NCBI RefSeq assembly: GCF_963921235.1
Contig: NC_086097.1
Location: 53,632,001-53,696,000, forward strand
Length of the DNA stretch: 64,000 nt
Reading direction: 5' to 3'
From: Mobula hypostoma
Lineage: Eukaryota
The position numbers and the translations under genes are program-made. This document shows positions 34,744 through 47,670 of this stretch, one piece after another. How positions within the stretch are numbered: the stretch's first letter is position 1; the number at the start of each line of letters is the position of its first letter. The notes beneath the pieces are model-generated. The model was given only the letters and a program-made list of their open reading frames with translations, had not been told where the DNA came from and ran no database searches.

Positions 34744-37429
34744 TAATGTTCTAACAGGAAGTTTTGCTAATGCTGCACGGTGTGGTTTAAACCGGAGCTG
34801 CAGAACAGTTAGTGGAGAGGTTGTAGAGGCAGATGTTGGTAAGACTTCCAGACAAAGTCAGGAATCAAAAGGTTGAGCATGATGCGACTAGTGTCCTGAA
34901 CTGCGTATATTTTAATACGAAGTACCGTAAGAAAGGCGGTTGAGCTGGGGTCATGGATCAACACCTGGAATTATGACAGTGCAGCCATTAGTGATACTTG
35001 GCTGTAAGAGGGGCAGGACTGGTAGCTCAGCATTCTGAGGTTCCTTTTTTTTAGAGGTGGCAGAATGGAGGGATGATAGGAGGGGGGGTGGCGTAACTAG
35101 TCAGGGAAAATGTCATGGCAATCTCTATCAGGACAGACTGGAGAACTTGTCTAGTGAGGTGTTATGGGTGGAAGTGAGAAATAAGAAAGGAATGATCACG
35201 TTAATGGAGCTATATTACAGACCACCCAACAGTCCAAGGGATTTAGAGGAACAAATTTGTAAAGGGATCGCAGACTGTTGCAAGAAACATAAGGCTGTTA
35301 TAGTAGGTGATTTTAACTGTCATATATTGACTGGGTCCTGCATGGAAGGTAAGTCAAGAAGGTTCAGTCGCTCAGTGTTCAAGATGAGGTAGTAAATTGT
35401 ATTAGACATTGGCTTTATGGTAGAAGCCAGAGAGTGGTAGTAGGTGGTTGTCTCTCTAACTGGATGCCTGTGACTATTGGTGTGCTGCAGGGATCGATGC
35501 TGGGCACTTTGTTGTTTGTCATCCATATCAATGATCTGAATGATAATGTGGTTAACTGGATCAGCAAATTTGCAGGTGACACCAAGATTGGGGGATGAGT
35601 GGATAGCGAGGAAGGCTATCATGTCTTGCAGAGGGATCTGTATCAGATGAAGAAATGGGCTGAAAAATGGCAGATGGAATTTAGTGCAGACAAGTGTGAG
35701 GCTTTGCACTTTGAGAGGACTAGCCAGGGTAGATCTTACACAGTGAACAGAACTCTGGTAGAGCAAAGGGATCTGGGAATACATGTCCATAATTCATTGA
35801 AAGTGGTGTCATACATTGAAAGGGTCGTAAGGAAAGCTTTTGGCATATTGGCCTTCATAAAGCAATGTATTGAGTATAGAAGATGTGATGTTATGTTGTA
35901 TAAGTTGTATAAGACGCTGACGAGGCCTAATTTGGAGTATTGTGCGCAGTTTTGGCCACTAACCTACAGGAAATATGTAAATAAGTTTGAAATAGTACAG
36001 AGAAAATTTGCAAGGATTTTGCTGGGTCTGGAGGACCTGAATTAAAAAGAAAAATTGAATAGGTTAGGACTGTATTCTTTAGGATGTAGAAGATTGAGAT
36101 GAGGTTTGATAGAGGTGTGCAAAATTATGAGGGGTATAGATAGGGTAAATGCAAGCAGGCTTTTTCCACTGAGGTTGGGTGGAAATACAAACAGAGGTCA
36201 TAGGTTAAAGGTGAAAGGTGAAAAGTTTAAGGGGAACAGGAGGGGAAACGTCTTCACTCAGAGGGTTGTGAGAATGTGGAATGAGCTGCCAGCACAAGTG
36301 GTGCATGTGAGCTCAATTTCAACATTTAAGAGCAAGTTGGAGAGGTACATGGATGGTAGGGGTATAGAGGTTATGGTCCCGGTGTAGTTCGATGGGAGTT
36401 GGCATTTAAATAGTTGTGGCATGAACTAGATGGGCCGAAGGGCCTGTTTCTGTGCTGTACTTCTCCAATTGTTAGTCATTGAGTGTGAGGATAAAGCATT
36501 GTTAGTCATATAAAATCAATGAGCCTTTGGTACAAATTCTTTTGCTAGTAGTAGCAACTTTTCTTTTGCTCTATGATTTATGAAAGATGTACCGTAGTTG
36601 CCTTGGTTTAGAAGTCTTTGCAACTGATCTAACCTGTTCATCTTGTCTCTCTTTTATTCTCCATAAGAGCATCAGTTTGTCTGTTTCTGGATTTCATGTA
36701 ATTTGCCATGTCGTTGACCATGTAATCTACATTCCATTTCACTCTGATGATTGGTATTATCCTCCTCACTATTTACTCTATTTACAGATTATCTCACCTT
36801 TGCAAACTATGTGATAATGTCCTGCGTATCCAAGTCAATGATCAAGATTCAGGACTCCGGTTCATTTATGGCAGACAGTGAAATGCGTCATTTGTGTCAA
36901 CAACCAACACACCAAAAGATGTGCTGGGGCAGCCTACAAGTGACCCCACGCATTCCAGTGCCAAAAGTCAAAGTCATATAAAACTTCAAAAGAGTTCTGG
37001 TTCCAGTAACAACACTTGGAGACACAAATCCGTATTTCCCTCCATTTCAAAAAGTAGCTTTCTGTTTTCCAAATCCTGACTGGATTTACATCCATGCTGT
37101 TATTGAGCCTTCAATCAATTTCAAATTTGTTAAAAAGATTTTGATGAAGGATTATCAACTTGAAACATTACATTGGGTTTTGTTCATAGATACTGTTTGA
37201 CCTGCTCAAGCCTTTTCAGCATCTTCCATATTTTTTTATTTGTGTAAGTCTGGCCTGATGCAGTACCTGACAGATGTAGTGGATGGCAGTAGAATTAGAT
37301 TGAAGAATAAGACAGCATGTAATGATTCTATGCTGTATCATATTAATATTGAGTCCCGCAGTCATGTTCCAGCAGAGGGGTGATGGATATCTTCAATAAA
37401 GTCAGTTCATGCCTTCGGTTCAAATCAAT

Positions 37430-38362
37430 AAGCCCCAAACCCTAGGCCCCTCTCTGCATCTGGATCCTGGACTTCCTCTTCTGGAGACTACAGTCTGTGC
37501 GGATTGGGAGTAACATCTCCTCACCTCTGACAATCAAACTAGGGCATTTCAAGGATGTGTGCTTAGCCCACTGCTCTACTTTCCCTACATTCACGATCGT
37601 GTAGCTAGGCACAGCTCAAGTGCCGTCTATAAATTTTCTGACGACACAACTATTGTTGGCAGAATTTCAGATAGTGACGAAGAGCGAAATAGATCAGCTT
37701 GTTGAGTGGTGTCGCAGCAGCAACTTTGCACTCAACGGCAATAAGACCAAGGAATTGACTGTGGACTTCAAGAAGGGGCGGTCAAGAATCACGCACCAGT
37801 TCCCATTGAGGGATCACCAGTGGAAAAGGTTAGCACTTTCAAGTTCCTGGGTGTTAACATCTCTGAGGGTCTAGCCTAGACCCAACGTGTTCATGCAATT
37901 ACAAAAAAGGCATGACTGTGGCTATATTTCATTAGCAGTTTGAGGAACTCGCAAAGACACTCACAAAGTTATACGGACGTACTGTGGAGAGCATTCTAAC
38001 TGGTTGCATCACCGGCTGGTATGGAGGGGCCACTGTACGGGGTTGAAAAAAGCTGCAGTAAGTTATAAACTCGGCCAGCTTCATCGTGGGCGCAGGCTCC
38101 CCCCCCCGCCACACTGCCAGCATCAAGGACACCTTCAAAAGACGATGTTTGAAAAAGGCAGCATGGTTATTAAGGACCCCATCACCCAAGACATACTTCC
38201 TTCTCATTGCTACCATCAGGGAGGAGATACAGGAGCTTGAAGACACACATTCAACGTTTTCGGGTACAGCTTCTTCCCTGTCAATATTGTAATGTACTGC
38301 TGCCACAAAACAACCTATTTCATGACATAAGTCGGTGATACTAAACCTAATTTTGATTCTGA
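37430..38362 (+). mobile_element. Rex1/Babar LINE fragment
   Basis: QGCVLSPLLY-type DNA at about 37550; reads EIDQLVEWCRSSNFALNGNKTKELTVDFKK; followed by the 3' UTR. Confidence 0.82.
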
Positions 38363-38764
38363 AATATTCTGCTCATCCCAAACTAGGAGCTACACTTGGA
38401 ATTGTAGAAAATATACCTTCACCAGGACATCAGACCTGCATGCTTCAAAATTCCTTTAAAGAAAATTACATTTTTCAAAAAATTACGGTTCAGCAGCTTG
38501 TCATGTAAAAATTTTCTGTGGAAAACTAGTAAACAAAAACACCTGTAACCTTGATTCTTAGAAACTATAAACTTAAGTTAAACAATTTCTACTTCAATGT
38601 TGTACATAATCTACAATGTGAAAAAAATAGTCTTTCAGCCTTCAATTCTTTCAATTGAATGCATTAGTTTTGGTAGCATCCAGCTCTATCCTCTGATTAA
38701 TCTGGAAAACACAGAACTCCCTTCCACATGGATTATTTGAAAGGAATAGAAGAGAGATCTCTAC

Positions 38765-38784
38765 GAGAGAGATAGATAGAGGGA

Positions 38785-38818
<34 letters not shown>
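38765..38818 (+). repeat. (GA)n microsatellite
   Basis: Directly visible GA-rich tract. Confidence 0.95.
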
Positions 38819-38822
<4 letters not shown>

Positions 38823-41800
38823 AATATTACACAAAGATGGAGCCTGATGAAACAAGGTAGGAGATGCCTTGGATGGAGCACGAATATCATGTTGATGTGA
38901 GTAACCTTTTCCATTCTGAAGTTCTATAAGTTGTGTAACTTTTTTTAATGCTTTTCCATATTGTATTAATTTTAATCTGCCATGGTACTGTCTACTAACA
39001 TAATTTATCAAATGTACTATGCTTTTGTCAATTACAGTATTCCTTTGCAGTCTACTGTCCCTCCTGGTAGAGACATAACAGAGGCAATTTAACTTTGCTC
39101 TCTGGGTGATATATAGTACACAGCTGATCCCAGTTTACTCTTCCATGAAAACTTCCCCCAACGTGTAATAAGGTGAATAACATTTACCGTTTGAAAGCGG
39201 ACTACTGTGGATGCTGGGGCATCAAACAAAAGCAAATGCCAGGAAAAACTCGGTGAGTCAGGCAGCGTCAGTAGAAGGAGAGAAACAAAGTTAACATTTC
39301 TAGTTCATAACCTTTCAGACGATAGTCCAGTTGCCTATCATTTTCCCATTTAATAACTCAACTAGGTTTCTTTCAAATTCCTACTTTACAAGATTTATCT
39401 TACACAGAATACATACAGCACATATTATATAGTTTCAATAAGTAATGGTATAGAGTTGTCTAAATATGCTTTCCTTTGTCACCAACTAACCGCAGAGCAA
39501 ATCATTGATACTCTGAAAGATATTGGCAACTGTGCAGCCTTTCATTTTGGTGACATATGCAGATTTAGCTAATTTTTATTTCAATAAAGATATTAATATT
39601 TTGCAAGCAGGCAGATGTGGTATAAATTGTGCAAGCACAATACTTGTGAATTCTATATACTGTTCCCTCCCCCTCAAAAGCTGTCCAGCTAGTTACTGTT
39701 CAACACTCTGGTTCTACCCTGGAGGATCATTAATTTGCATATGTAATACAATTGCTCATTTAACCAAATAATATAAGATATGATATTCTTCATGCTACTG
39801 AGCTTTGAAGAGATGAAAGCCTAATTATATTTTTTAACCAATAATGGCCAATAAAGTAGAGCCCTTTGTAAATGCATCATTGATCAGCGCTACTGTGCAT
39901 ATATTCTTAACCAGCCTCCAAATCACGTGTGGTGCACATCACTTTCTGCATTACCTATAGCTTGCAAGGAGAAAGCTGAAATTAGGTCTGGCTCCTCATT
40001 TGCCCTGATTTATTTCCATACTTAGTGGTTGAAGCCTCGTGAATGTCATTGCCTTGCTACTTAGCGTTTACTTCAGATATCTGCTATACGAAAATAGAAT
40101 GCATGGAAGGACTTTTGCCCATTCAACGTTCCTGACCAGAAGTGCCAATCGGCCACCTGTTAATGTCATCTGGATGGCAAACTGTATGGCCTACTGTGCA
40201 CTAATAATATGTAGACTGCGTTTAAAAATCTGCCTAAGTGACTTCCTCTGTCATCTCCTCAAAAACCTAAGCTATCAGTCAGGCATGAAAAGTTGATTTG
40301 TCTGGTATGTAATTGATATCTTGATTCAAATGTTAACAGTCATTTAAGATGGTAACCATTCCCAGTGAATTTTCATACATTTGAAGGTTATTGTTATGCA
40401 TTGCTTACTATTTATTTTTGGCACTCAGCAGATAGCAAGAGCTAAGGCCCCCACCTGATGTATTTTCACTGCTAGTTGGACAAGTGAAACAGGTCAAGAG
40501 TGCAATCACGTGAGAAGTTATTTCACATATTGCTCCTTTTCATTCTCAGATAGGCACTGGCACCTCCTCATGTTATATTGACCTGTCCACGTCACAGAAC
40601 AGAGCACAGCACCAAATTCCTTCTGAAGCTGTTTGTGAGGAAGGAAATGAATCAGGAAAGATAGAGCCACAGCTAAATTCTGTTTCCTATACAAAGGTGG
40701 AGGCCAGATATTATAAACCTCTGCCCCTTTTCATTTTCGTTGGTGATTCTCTGGGCATTTCAAAGGTAACTCACTTCTTTCGTCGGCTTCAGTATAATTT
40801 TACACCTTCTTCAAGCGTAGTAATCTTTTCCTTAATCACAGTGAATGGATCAAGGGGGTTGTGGCACTGAATGAATATAGGGTAAGATTCTTTAGGAAGG
40901 TTCTGCTTTTTAACACCATCTGCGACAGCCTCATATTCACCTCTTTTTCCCCTTTTAGCTCTTTCCTGATCAACTTTCTCCCATAAGGAACACTAGAAAC
41001 AAGTTCAGTGAATGTTACCTTTAGGCCAGAAACCTAACAGAAGTATGTCTCGTTTCATATTCCAGACTCATATTTGGTAGCACATTGATTTATGATGGAA
41101 ACACATAAAAAAATGGTAAGTACATTTGAGGCTAGCATCTTAAGCAGTAAAACTGTTTGCAATTGGCCTATTGCCTTTAAAGTTTTACTGCCTGTTAAAA
41201 TGGACCTTTGCATTTACACGTCATCACTATGCTCTGATGATGTGTAATTATTAAAATAAACTAGAAACATTAACATAAATTGAATGCAAATGTTTCCTGT
41301 TTGACCATGTGGTTCCTTGTTGTACAGCAAACTTTCTTCACGATTTGAACATTTTTGTTTTACTTTTATTTATAGATGAAATTTCTGTTGGACCGAAGTA
41401 CAATTTTTGTAAAAAGTCTTTAAATTCATTATATATCAATACTGAACTCATCACAGTTATCAAAGAGTTAAATAATTCTGTTGATTCATAGGTAATAATT
41501 TGTAAAGTACCAACTTTAATAGATGTTTTCTCTATTTTACACTCCATCCTCCCTGCTCCCTTTAAGTGCCAATTCATTTTAATAAAGGCATCGAAGCCTG
41601 TGTTTTTGAACGGAAGCATTAACTTGAAATGCCAAAGGCGGTTAGTTTGAGAAAAGGCAATATTGTTTAGCTTAAACAGCATAGAATTTTTTTATGGCGC
41701 AAAGACTTCCCTTATTATATACAGATGCCAGTTGAACGCCATTGTCATTGACGGGGTTTGCAATTCTTCTGCAGTAATGAGCTCCAGAATGGCCCATTAT

Positions 41801-42334
41801 GTGGGTCAAACACAAGCCTGCAGCAGGATAGTTTTCAAGGTCTGGATAGAGGTTAATACATAATGTTCCTATTAAATTATTTTCCCTTCTTCTAACTCTC
41901 CCTGTGCTAATTTCTATGAAAGATTCATTCCTTACTTCATAATTTTATTATAAAAGGTTGAATTTTTTTCTGGGGGCTGCAAATACACATGACAGTGAGA
42001 CACTTCAGATGAATATTTAATAAAACTACATTGGGATTGCTGTCAGTGAGATTTATTGTTGAAGTGATTCCACTTTCGCGAAGGTAACTAGAGTAGAAAT
42101 AAAGAGCAGTCCAGTATGGTCGTCATTCATTTGCCCTCAGTTTTTCACAGCTGACGGTTCAAAATCATGGAATTTCATACCCCACAGTACCTTTGGTGTA
42201 TCTTCCACAAACTGCAGCAGTTCTAGGAATCTCACTCCATTCTTCTCAAACTCAAGAATAAAACATTATTCTTAATGCTATGGAGCCATTCACATTGAGA
42301 CATGGATTTCCACAGGTGAATCCCTTCATTACAA

Positions 42335-43120
42335 CTGGAATTTGAATTGGTTTGTTGTTGTCACATGTACTGAGATAGTGAAAAATTTGTCTTGCATACT
42401 GTTCATACAGATCAATTCAGTGCATTGTGGTAGAACAAGGTAAAACAATGACAATATAAACTAAAACAACTCCAGAGAAAGTGCAGTGCAGGTAAGCAAG
42501 AAAGTACAAGATCATAATGAGGTAGATTGTGAGGTCAAGAATCCATCTTATCATACCAGGGAATTGTCAATAGTCTTTCTATGGTGGACAGAAGCTGTGG
42601 TAGATCCTTTCAGGCTTTTGTATCTTCTGCCCAATGGAAGAGGGAAAAGAGAATGTTTGAGATGGAAGGAATCTTTGATTATGCTGGCTGCTTTACTGAG
42701 GCAGCAAGAAGTTGAGAAGAGTACGTAGAGGGGAGGCTGGTTTGCATGATGTGCTGAGCTGTGTCCACAATCCTTTGCAGTTTCCTGCAGAACAATTGCC
42801 ATACCAAGCTGTTATGCATCCTGATATAATGCTTTCTATGCTGCATCAATAAAAATAGGTTAGGGTAATGGGAACATTCTGTATTTATTTAGCCTCTTGA
42901 GGAAGTAGAGGTGTTGGTGAGCTTTCCTGGTCTTGGTTTTTATGTGGTTGGTCCAGGGCAAGTTATTGGTGATCTTCATTTCTAGCAACTTGAAGCTTTC
43001 AACCCTCTCAACTTCCACACTGTTGTTGTAGACATGAGCTTGTGCATCACTCCCCTTCCTGAAGTCAATGGTTATTGTCATAACTCCATGTTACTAAGCT
43101 CTCTATCTCCTCCCTGTATA
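42335..43120 (-). mobile_element. Rex1/Babar LINE fragment
   Basis: Reads IDFRKG...VEVERVESFKLL...ITNNLPWTNHI...KAHQHLYFLKRL. Confidence 0.82.
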
Positions 43121-44327
43121 ATACATAAAGGAGAAGTGAATAAGCAGCTGGAAGATGCTAGTGCAGGTGCTATTCATGTGTTAGACATACAATAAGCATC
43201 TCAGATTGAAGTCATAGCTTCAAATGCTTGTGTTCTCTCTCTGCTACAACCAATTAAGTAGACATATGAACTTTGCATATCCCCAAAGAGCAATATCAGC
43301 AAGTTCACTTGAGTCTTAAGTTTCTTTGCTGGTATGTCATTCCATGAAGTATCAGTGGATCGTTGTCTCCTTAACCTCTGACAGAACACCGCTATCTAAG
43401 TAATGGTTTCACATGCTGGAACTCCACATTACTCTCTCAGGGAATCAGATAACAAGAGAGATATCCAATTCACAACATCGGTAAGTACATTGGATATGGG
43501 AAGCAATTAGTGCACATGACCCTCACATGACAGGCTACTCATTTCATGACAGAAAGGATTAATTCATTTAATATCAGAAGATTCTTGAGATGTAGTGGCA
43601 ATCATTTTACCCTATATATGAATTTCCATTATCTAGTAAGATTCATAGCTTTTCATAGGGTAAAACATAAGTTGTACATCTTCTGTTTCTATATGATTCA
43701 TTCAAAGCAAAAGAATAGGGCATTTAACTGCCCAAGGCTGTTTTACCATTCAGTGAGATCTTGGTAGATCTGTGAACTAACTCTATATATCTTCCTTTTT
43801 CCGATATATCTTAATGAAATATTCCTGTTATCATTATCTGATTTAACTTCAACAATTTTCTGTACATCCACCATTTTAAATTCTAACTTTTCCTGTAGAA
43901 ATTTTGCTTAACTTAATTGCTGGTCTTGTTCTTGTTCCCAATTATCCGATTTTCAAACACATTGATGACACAGTGCCTAAAATATCGTTGGTCCAGCCTT
44001 ACAGTGCACTCAACGTAGATCCCGATCTTCACAATTGTCCCAAACCTAACTGCCATCTGTGGAATCCTTCTTCGCACCCTTATCTACTGGCCCACAGCAG
44101 ACTCAGTCCAATGATTTTTGACTAACCTTTCAACTTTCAGCATTAGAAAATGACTCCTCATCCCAGCCTGTTTCCCCATCAAGTTTTGGTCCTGGATGGG
44201 GGACTTCTGTTTGGCGTTCAGCAGCATATTGTGGAAGAAATGCAATGTTGGGTTATTTGAACACCTCAGTCTACCTACATTTGAGACAGTCAGTACAGAA
44301 CTGAAAGTGTTGTCAATTTAACATGAA

Positions 44328-44706
44328 CCCAGTTGCCCACCATTGAGAACATCTACCATAAAAGCTGCCCGGGCAGGGCGAAAAGCATTATCAGGGATGC
44401 ATCTCCCCCTAACCATGGACTTTTTACTCTCCTCCCATCCCGTAGGCGCTACAGCAGGCACAGGAAGAGCTTCTTCCCTGAGACTGTGACACTGCTGAAC
44501 CTCTCATCACAGTGCTAAGCAGTATTGCATCCGTATTGTACTGTCTCAGTACTTTTACATTTGTGTGCTGTAGCACTTCTTTTATTCGCAGTTATTTTGT
44601 AAATAACACTATTCTTTGCATTTCTGGTCAGATGCTAAATGCATTTCATTGGCTTTGTATCTGTACTCGGCGCAATGACAATAAAGTTAAACCTAATCTA
44701 ATCTAA
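44328..44706 (+). mobile_element. Rex1/Babar 3' end
   Basis: Reads PTIENIY...RAKSIIRDASPPNHGLFTLLPS; tail AATAAAGTTAAACCTAATCTAATCTAA. Confidence 0.8.
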
Positions 44707-45953
44707 ATGACCACAAAGCAGCCTACAAAGATACAATGACTTCTAGGCCTCAGATTGTATTTAAAAATTACCTCTAATATTTAATTAAACAAGCCTTAGC
44801 CTTATAAATTTCTGATATATAATCTATAATCTTTTCTCATAACTAATCGTTAGATATTTTTATGTATTTTAACTTTAGGATCTGTGGATCATTGTGAAAA
44901 TCAGCAGAACTGCCTACCCCTGATTGCCCCAAGTATTGGTGGTGTGCCACCTTCACGAACTGCTACAGTCTTACTGGTGAAGGTTGTCCAACAATGCCTT
45001 CAATTATGCAGTCCAAGGCTTCTGACCAAGTGACCATGAAGGATCAGCAGCATTTTCTAAGATATTATTTGATTTGGAAGGGGAACCTGCAGTTGATCTA
45101 TTCCCATGTGCCTCCACTCTTGTCCTTCTTAGTTGTAGAGATTTGATTTGGTTCGACACTGCACTCCTTTCAAACCCAATAACACCACCATTTGTTATGA
45201 TTTCCATTACTGAACACAATACACCAGGTATAATTTCACTAATGGACTAATCAAATTTTATATAGGCTAACATTAATTAACACTTTTTGATTATTTTCTG
45301 TAGCTGTACAGGCAGATTATTACTTTCTGTACATGGACCACAAACTCCCTTTGGTATATGTTTTTTCTGTCTTTTTAATATTTGGAAAGTACTTTGATTC
45401 CAAGCTAGAATTAATTGCAAACTTTAGGGCTAAAAGTCCGGGTGTTAATGATGGAGAAGCCAAATGGGAGGGGCAAGATTATCAAATGGTTTTGGGATGG
45501 GAGAGATAATAGGGATAGAAGGGGCAATATTATCAAAGGGTTTTGGGATGGGATAAGGAAATGTGAGATATAAAGTTATGAATATATTGAATAATAATAC
45601 GAGGCTGCAAAGAATTAGTTTAAAGACCAGCATCTGATCATCTATCTGGACAAAATGCTACAAGCAGTTTGACCTTTCCTAAAAGGAATCTTCCTTATGC
45701 AACAATTAGCCACTTAAATCTCCTTAGGACGCCTTCCCTAGATGCACTGAATCTTTCTGAGAAAATGAAGACCCAAGACGTGCACATTCCTCCAAGTGTG
45801 GTCTGATCAAGGTTTTATATGTTCAGCATAACTTCCCTATTTCTAAGTTCTCTCCCTCTTTAGAAAGAAACCAGTGTGCACTGTTTATGTTTTTAACATT
45901 TTATACAGCTTTATTAACTGATATCACAAATTTTAGCGATGTATATGAACATA

Positions 45954-46472
45954 AAATCAGTGGTCACTTTACTAGGTATGTTCTGTACTGAATAGAGTGG
46001 CCACTGTTTGCTGCTGCTGTAGCTCATTCATCTCTGGATTTGACATGTTGTGCCTTCATAGGTGCTCTTCTGCGCGTCGCTGTTATAACATGGCTATTTG
46101 ATTTACTGTCAGCTAGAACCAGTTTGGCCATTCTCCTCTTTAACAAGGCATTTTCGCCTATAGAACTGTCACTCACTGGATGTCTTTGTCTCTGTAAACT
46201 CCAGAGACCATTGTGCATGAAATCCCCAGGAGATCAGCATTTTCTGAGATACTCAAACCACCCCATCTGGCAAGAACAATCATTCTATGGTCAAAATCAC
46301 TTAGGTCATATTTCTGCCCCATTCTGATTTTTGGTCTGAAAAATAACTAAACTTGTTGATCAAGTCTGCATGATTTTTATGCAGTGAGTTGCTGCCACAT
46401 GTTTGGCTGATGAGATATTCGCATTAATGAGCAAGTGTACAAGTATACCCAATGGAGTGGCCAAAAAATGTG
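45954..46472 (-). mobile_element. Tc1/mariner deletion derivative
   Basis: Decayed TIRs TCAGTGGTCACTTTACTAGGTA and TACCCAATGGAGTGGCCA. The minus strand reads RRMAKLVLADSK, resembling the Tc1 HTH region. Confidence 0.7.
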
Positions 46473-47375
46473 CATTCAGATACTGCATTCCTCTACCCCA
46501 CTTAGCTATTTCTCTCCTAAAGACCTTTCAACTAATTCTGCCAACCTAAGTGCACTGCCTTACATGGAAGCCTATTTGGTTAACATGGTGGAAGAATAAA
46601 TACATTACAAAAAGTTAAAATTATCCTGGAGTTTGCATTGATAACATTTTGGAAATAAGTTTCTATGAAGCCAAAGTAAACTCTACATAGCCTATTGCAG
46701 GAAGTGCTGATTTTGTTCAGTCGGCGAATAAGGAATCCGTGTCAAGATTTATTCAAATGTTTATGGTCTTCTAAGTAATTGCATTTATTAGGTCCATTCC
46801 AAGATAATCACGGGACCAGTGTTCTTATGTCAAGTCAGGTTGAGTTTGCTGCGTTATGCACAAGTACCTTGAGATACAAGTACAATGAAAGTCTGGCTTG
46901 TATCATAGATATGTAGATTCAGACAACACACACGCCATAAGTTGTACATAAATTATACAAGAAAGTGAAGAAAAACTACAGCGCATACATAGTCTAGTCC
47001 AGCCAAAATAAAGAACGAGCAGTTATTTTTGGTAATGTTGACAGAATTACAATACGGTACAGTAATTGTCGGTTTCTTTATCTGACCCAACAACTTTCCT
47101 TTACTTTTCTTGAGATTTGTGTTATGTCATATTGATATCTGACATCACATGTTCTTCATTCTTCACCCAGTAACCTATCAAACATTTGTCAACCAGTTTT
47201 GCTCCAGTGACTGGAACCTGCTTGAAATTTTACAACAGACCACAAACAGTCAATATTGAAATGGAAGTTTGCAGAAGAGGGTATGGAGCGAGTAAGGTTA
47301 CGAAAATGAACTTCAGCATAGTCTTCCATAAAATATCTTCTCTATGAACAGAATCCAAAGAATAGTTCAAATAGT

Positions 47376-47670
47376 GGGGCAGCACAGTAGCATAGTGGTT
47401 AGCACAATGCCTTAGAGTACAGGTGATCCAAGTTCAATTCCCACCACTGCCTGTAAAGGAGTTTGCACTTCCTCTCCGCAACCACGTAGGTTTCCTCCAG
47501 GTGCTCCAGCTTCCTCCCACAGTCCAGAGAAAAACTAGTTGGTAGGTTAATTGGTCATTGTAAATTGTTCTGTGCTTAGGCTAGGAATAAATTGGGGGAT
47601 TGCTAGGTGGCACGGTTTGAGGGGTCAGAAGGGCTTACTGTATTCTACGCTGTAGCTCAATAAATAAATA
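47376..47670 (+). mobile_element. tRNA-derived V-SINE, near full length
   Basis: A-box-like TAGCATAGTGG, B-box-like GTTCAATTCC, V-domain GGTTTCCTCCAGGTGCTCCAGCTTCCTCCCACAGTCCA, and tail AATAAATAAATA. Confidence 0.85.

Larger units (their letters stand above)
32560..36465 (+). mobile_element. Near full-span CR1 LINE (ORF1 zinc finger/coiled coil plus SGNH esterase; ORF2 with a large internal deletion)
   Basis: ORF1 reads VECFC...PDDYNCEKCIQLQLL, AVVIGDQLVR, CLPVARVRDI and VHIGTNE. ORF2 reads YYRPPNS, VIVGDFN, WQMEFSADKCEALHF and RPNLEYCAQFW. The 3' UTR ends GGGCCGAAGGGCCTGTTTCTGTGCTGTA. Confidence 0.9.

Noticed and set aside
47376..47450. tRNA gene
   Set aside because: The tRNA-like head runs into a V-domain and A-rich tail, so it is a SINE.
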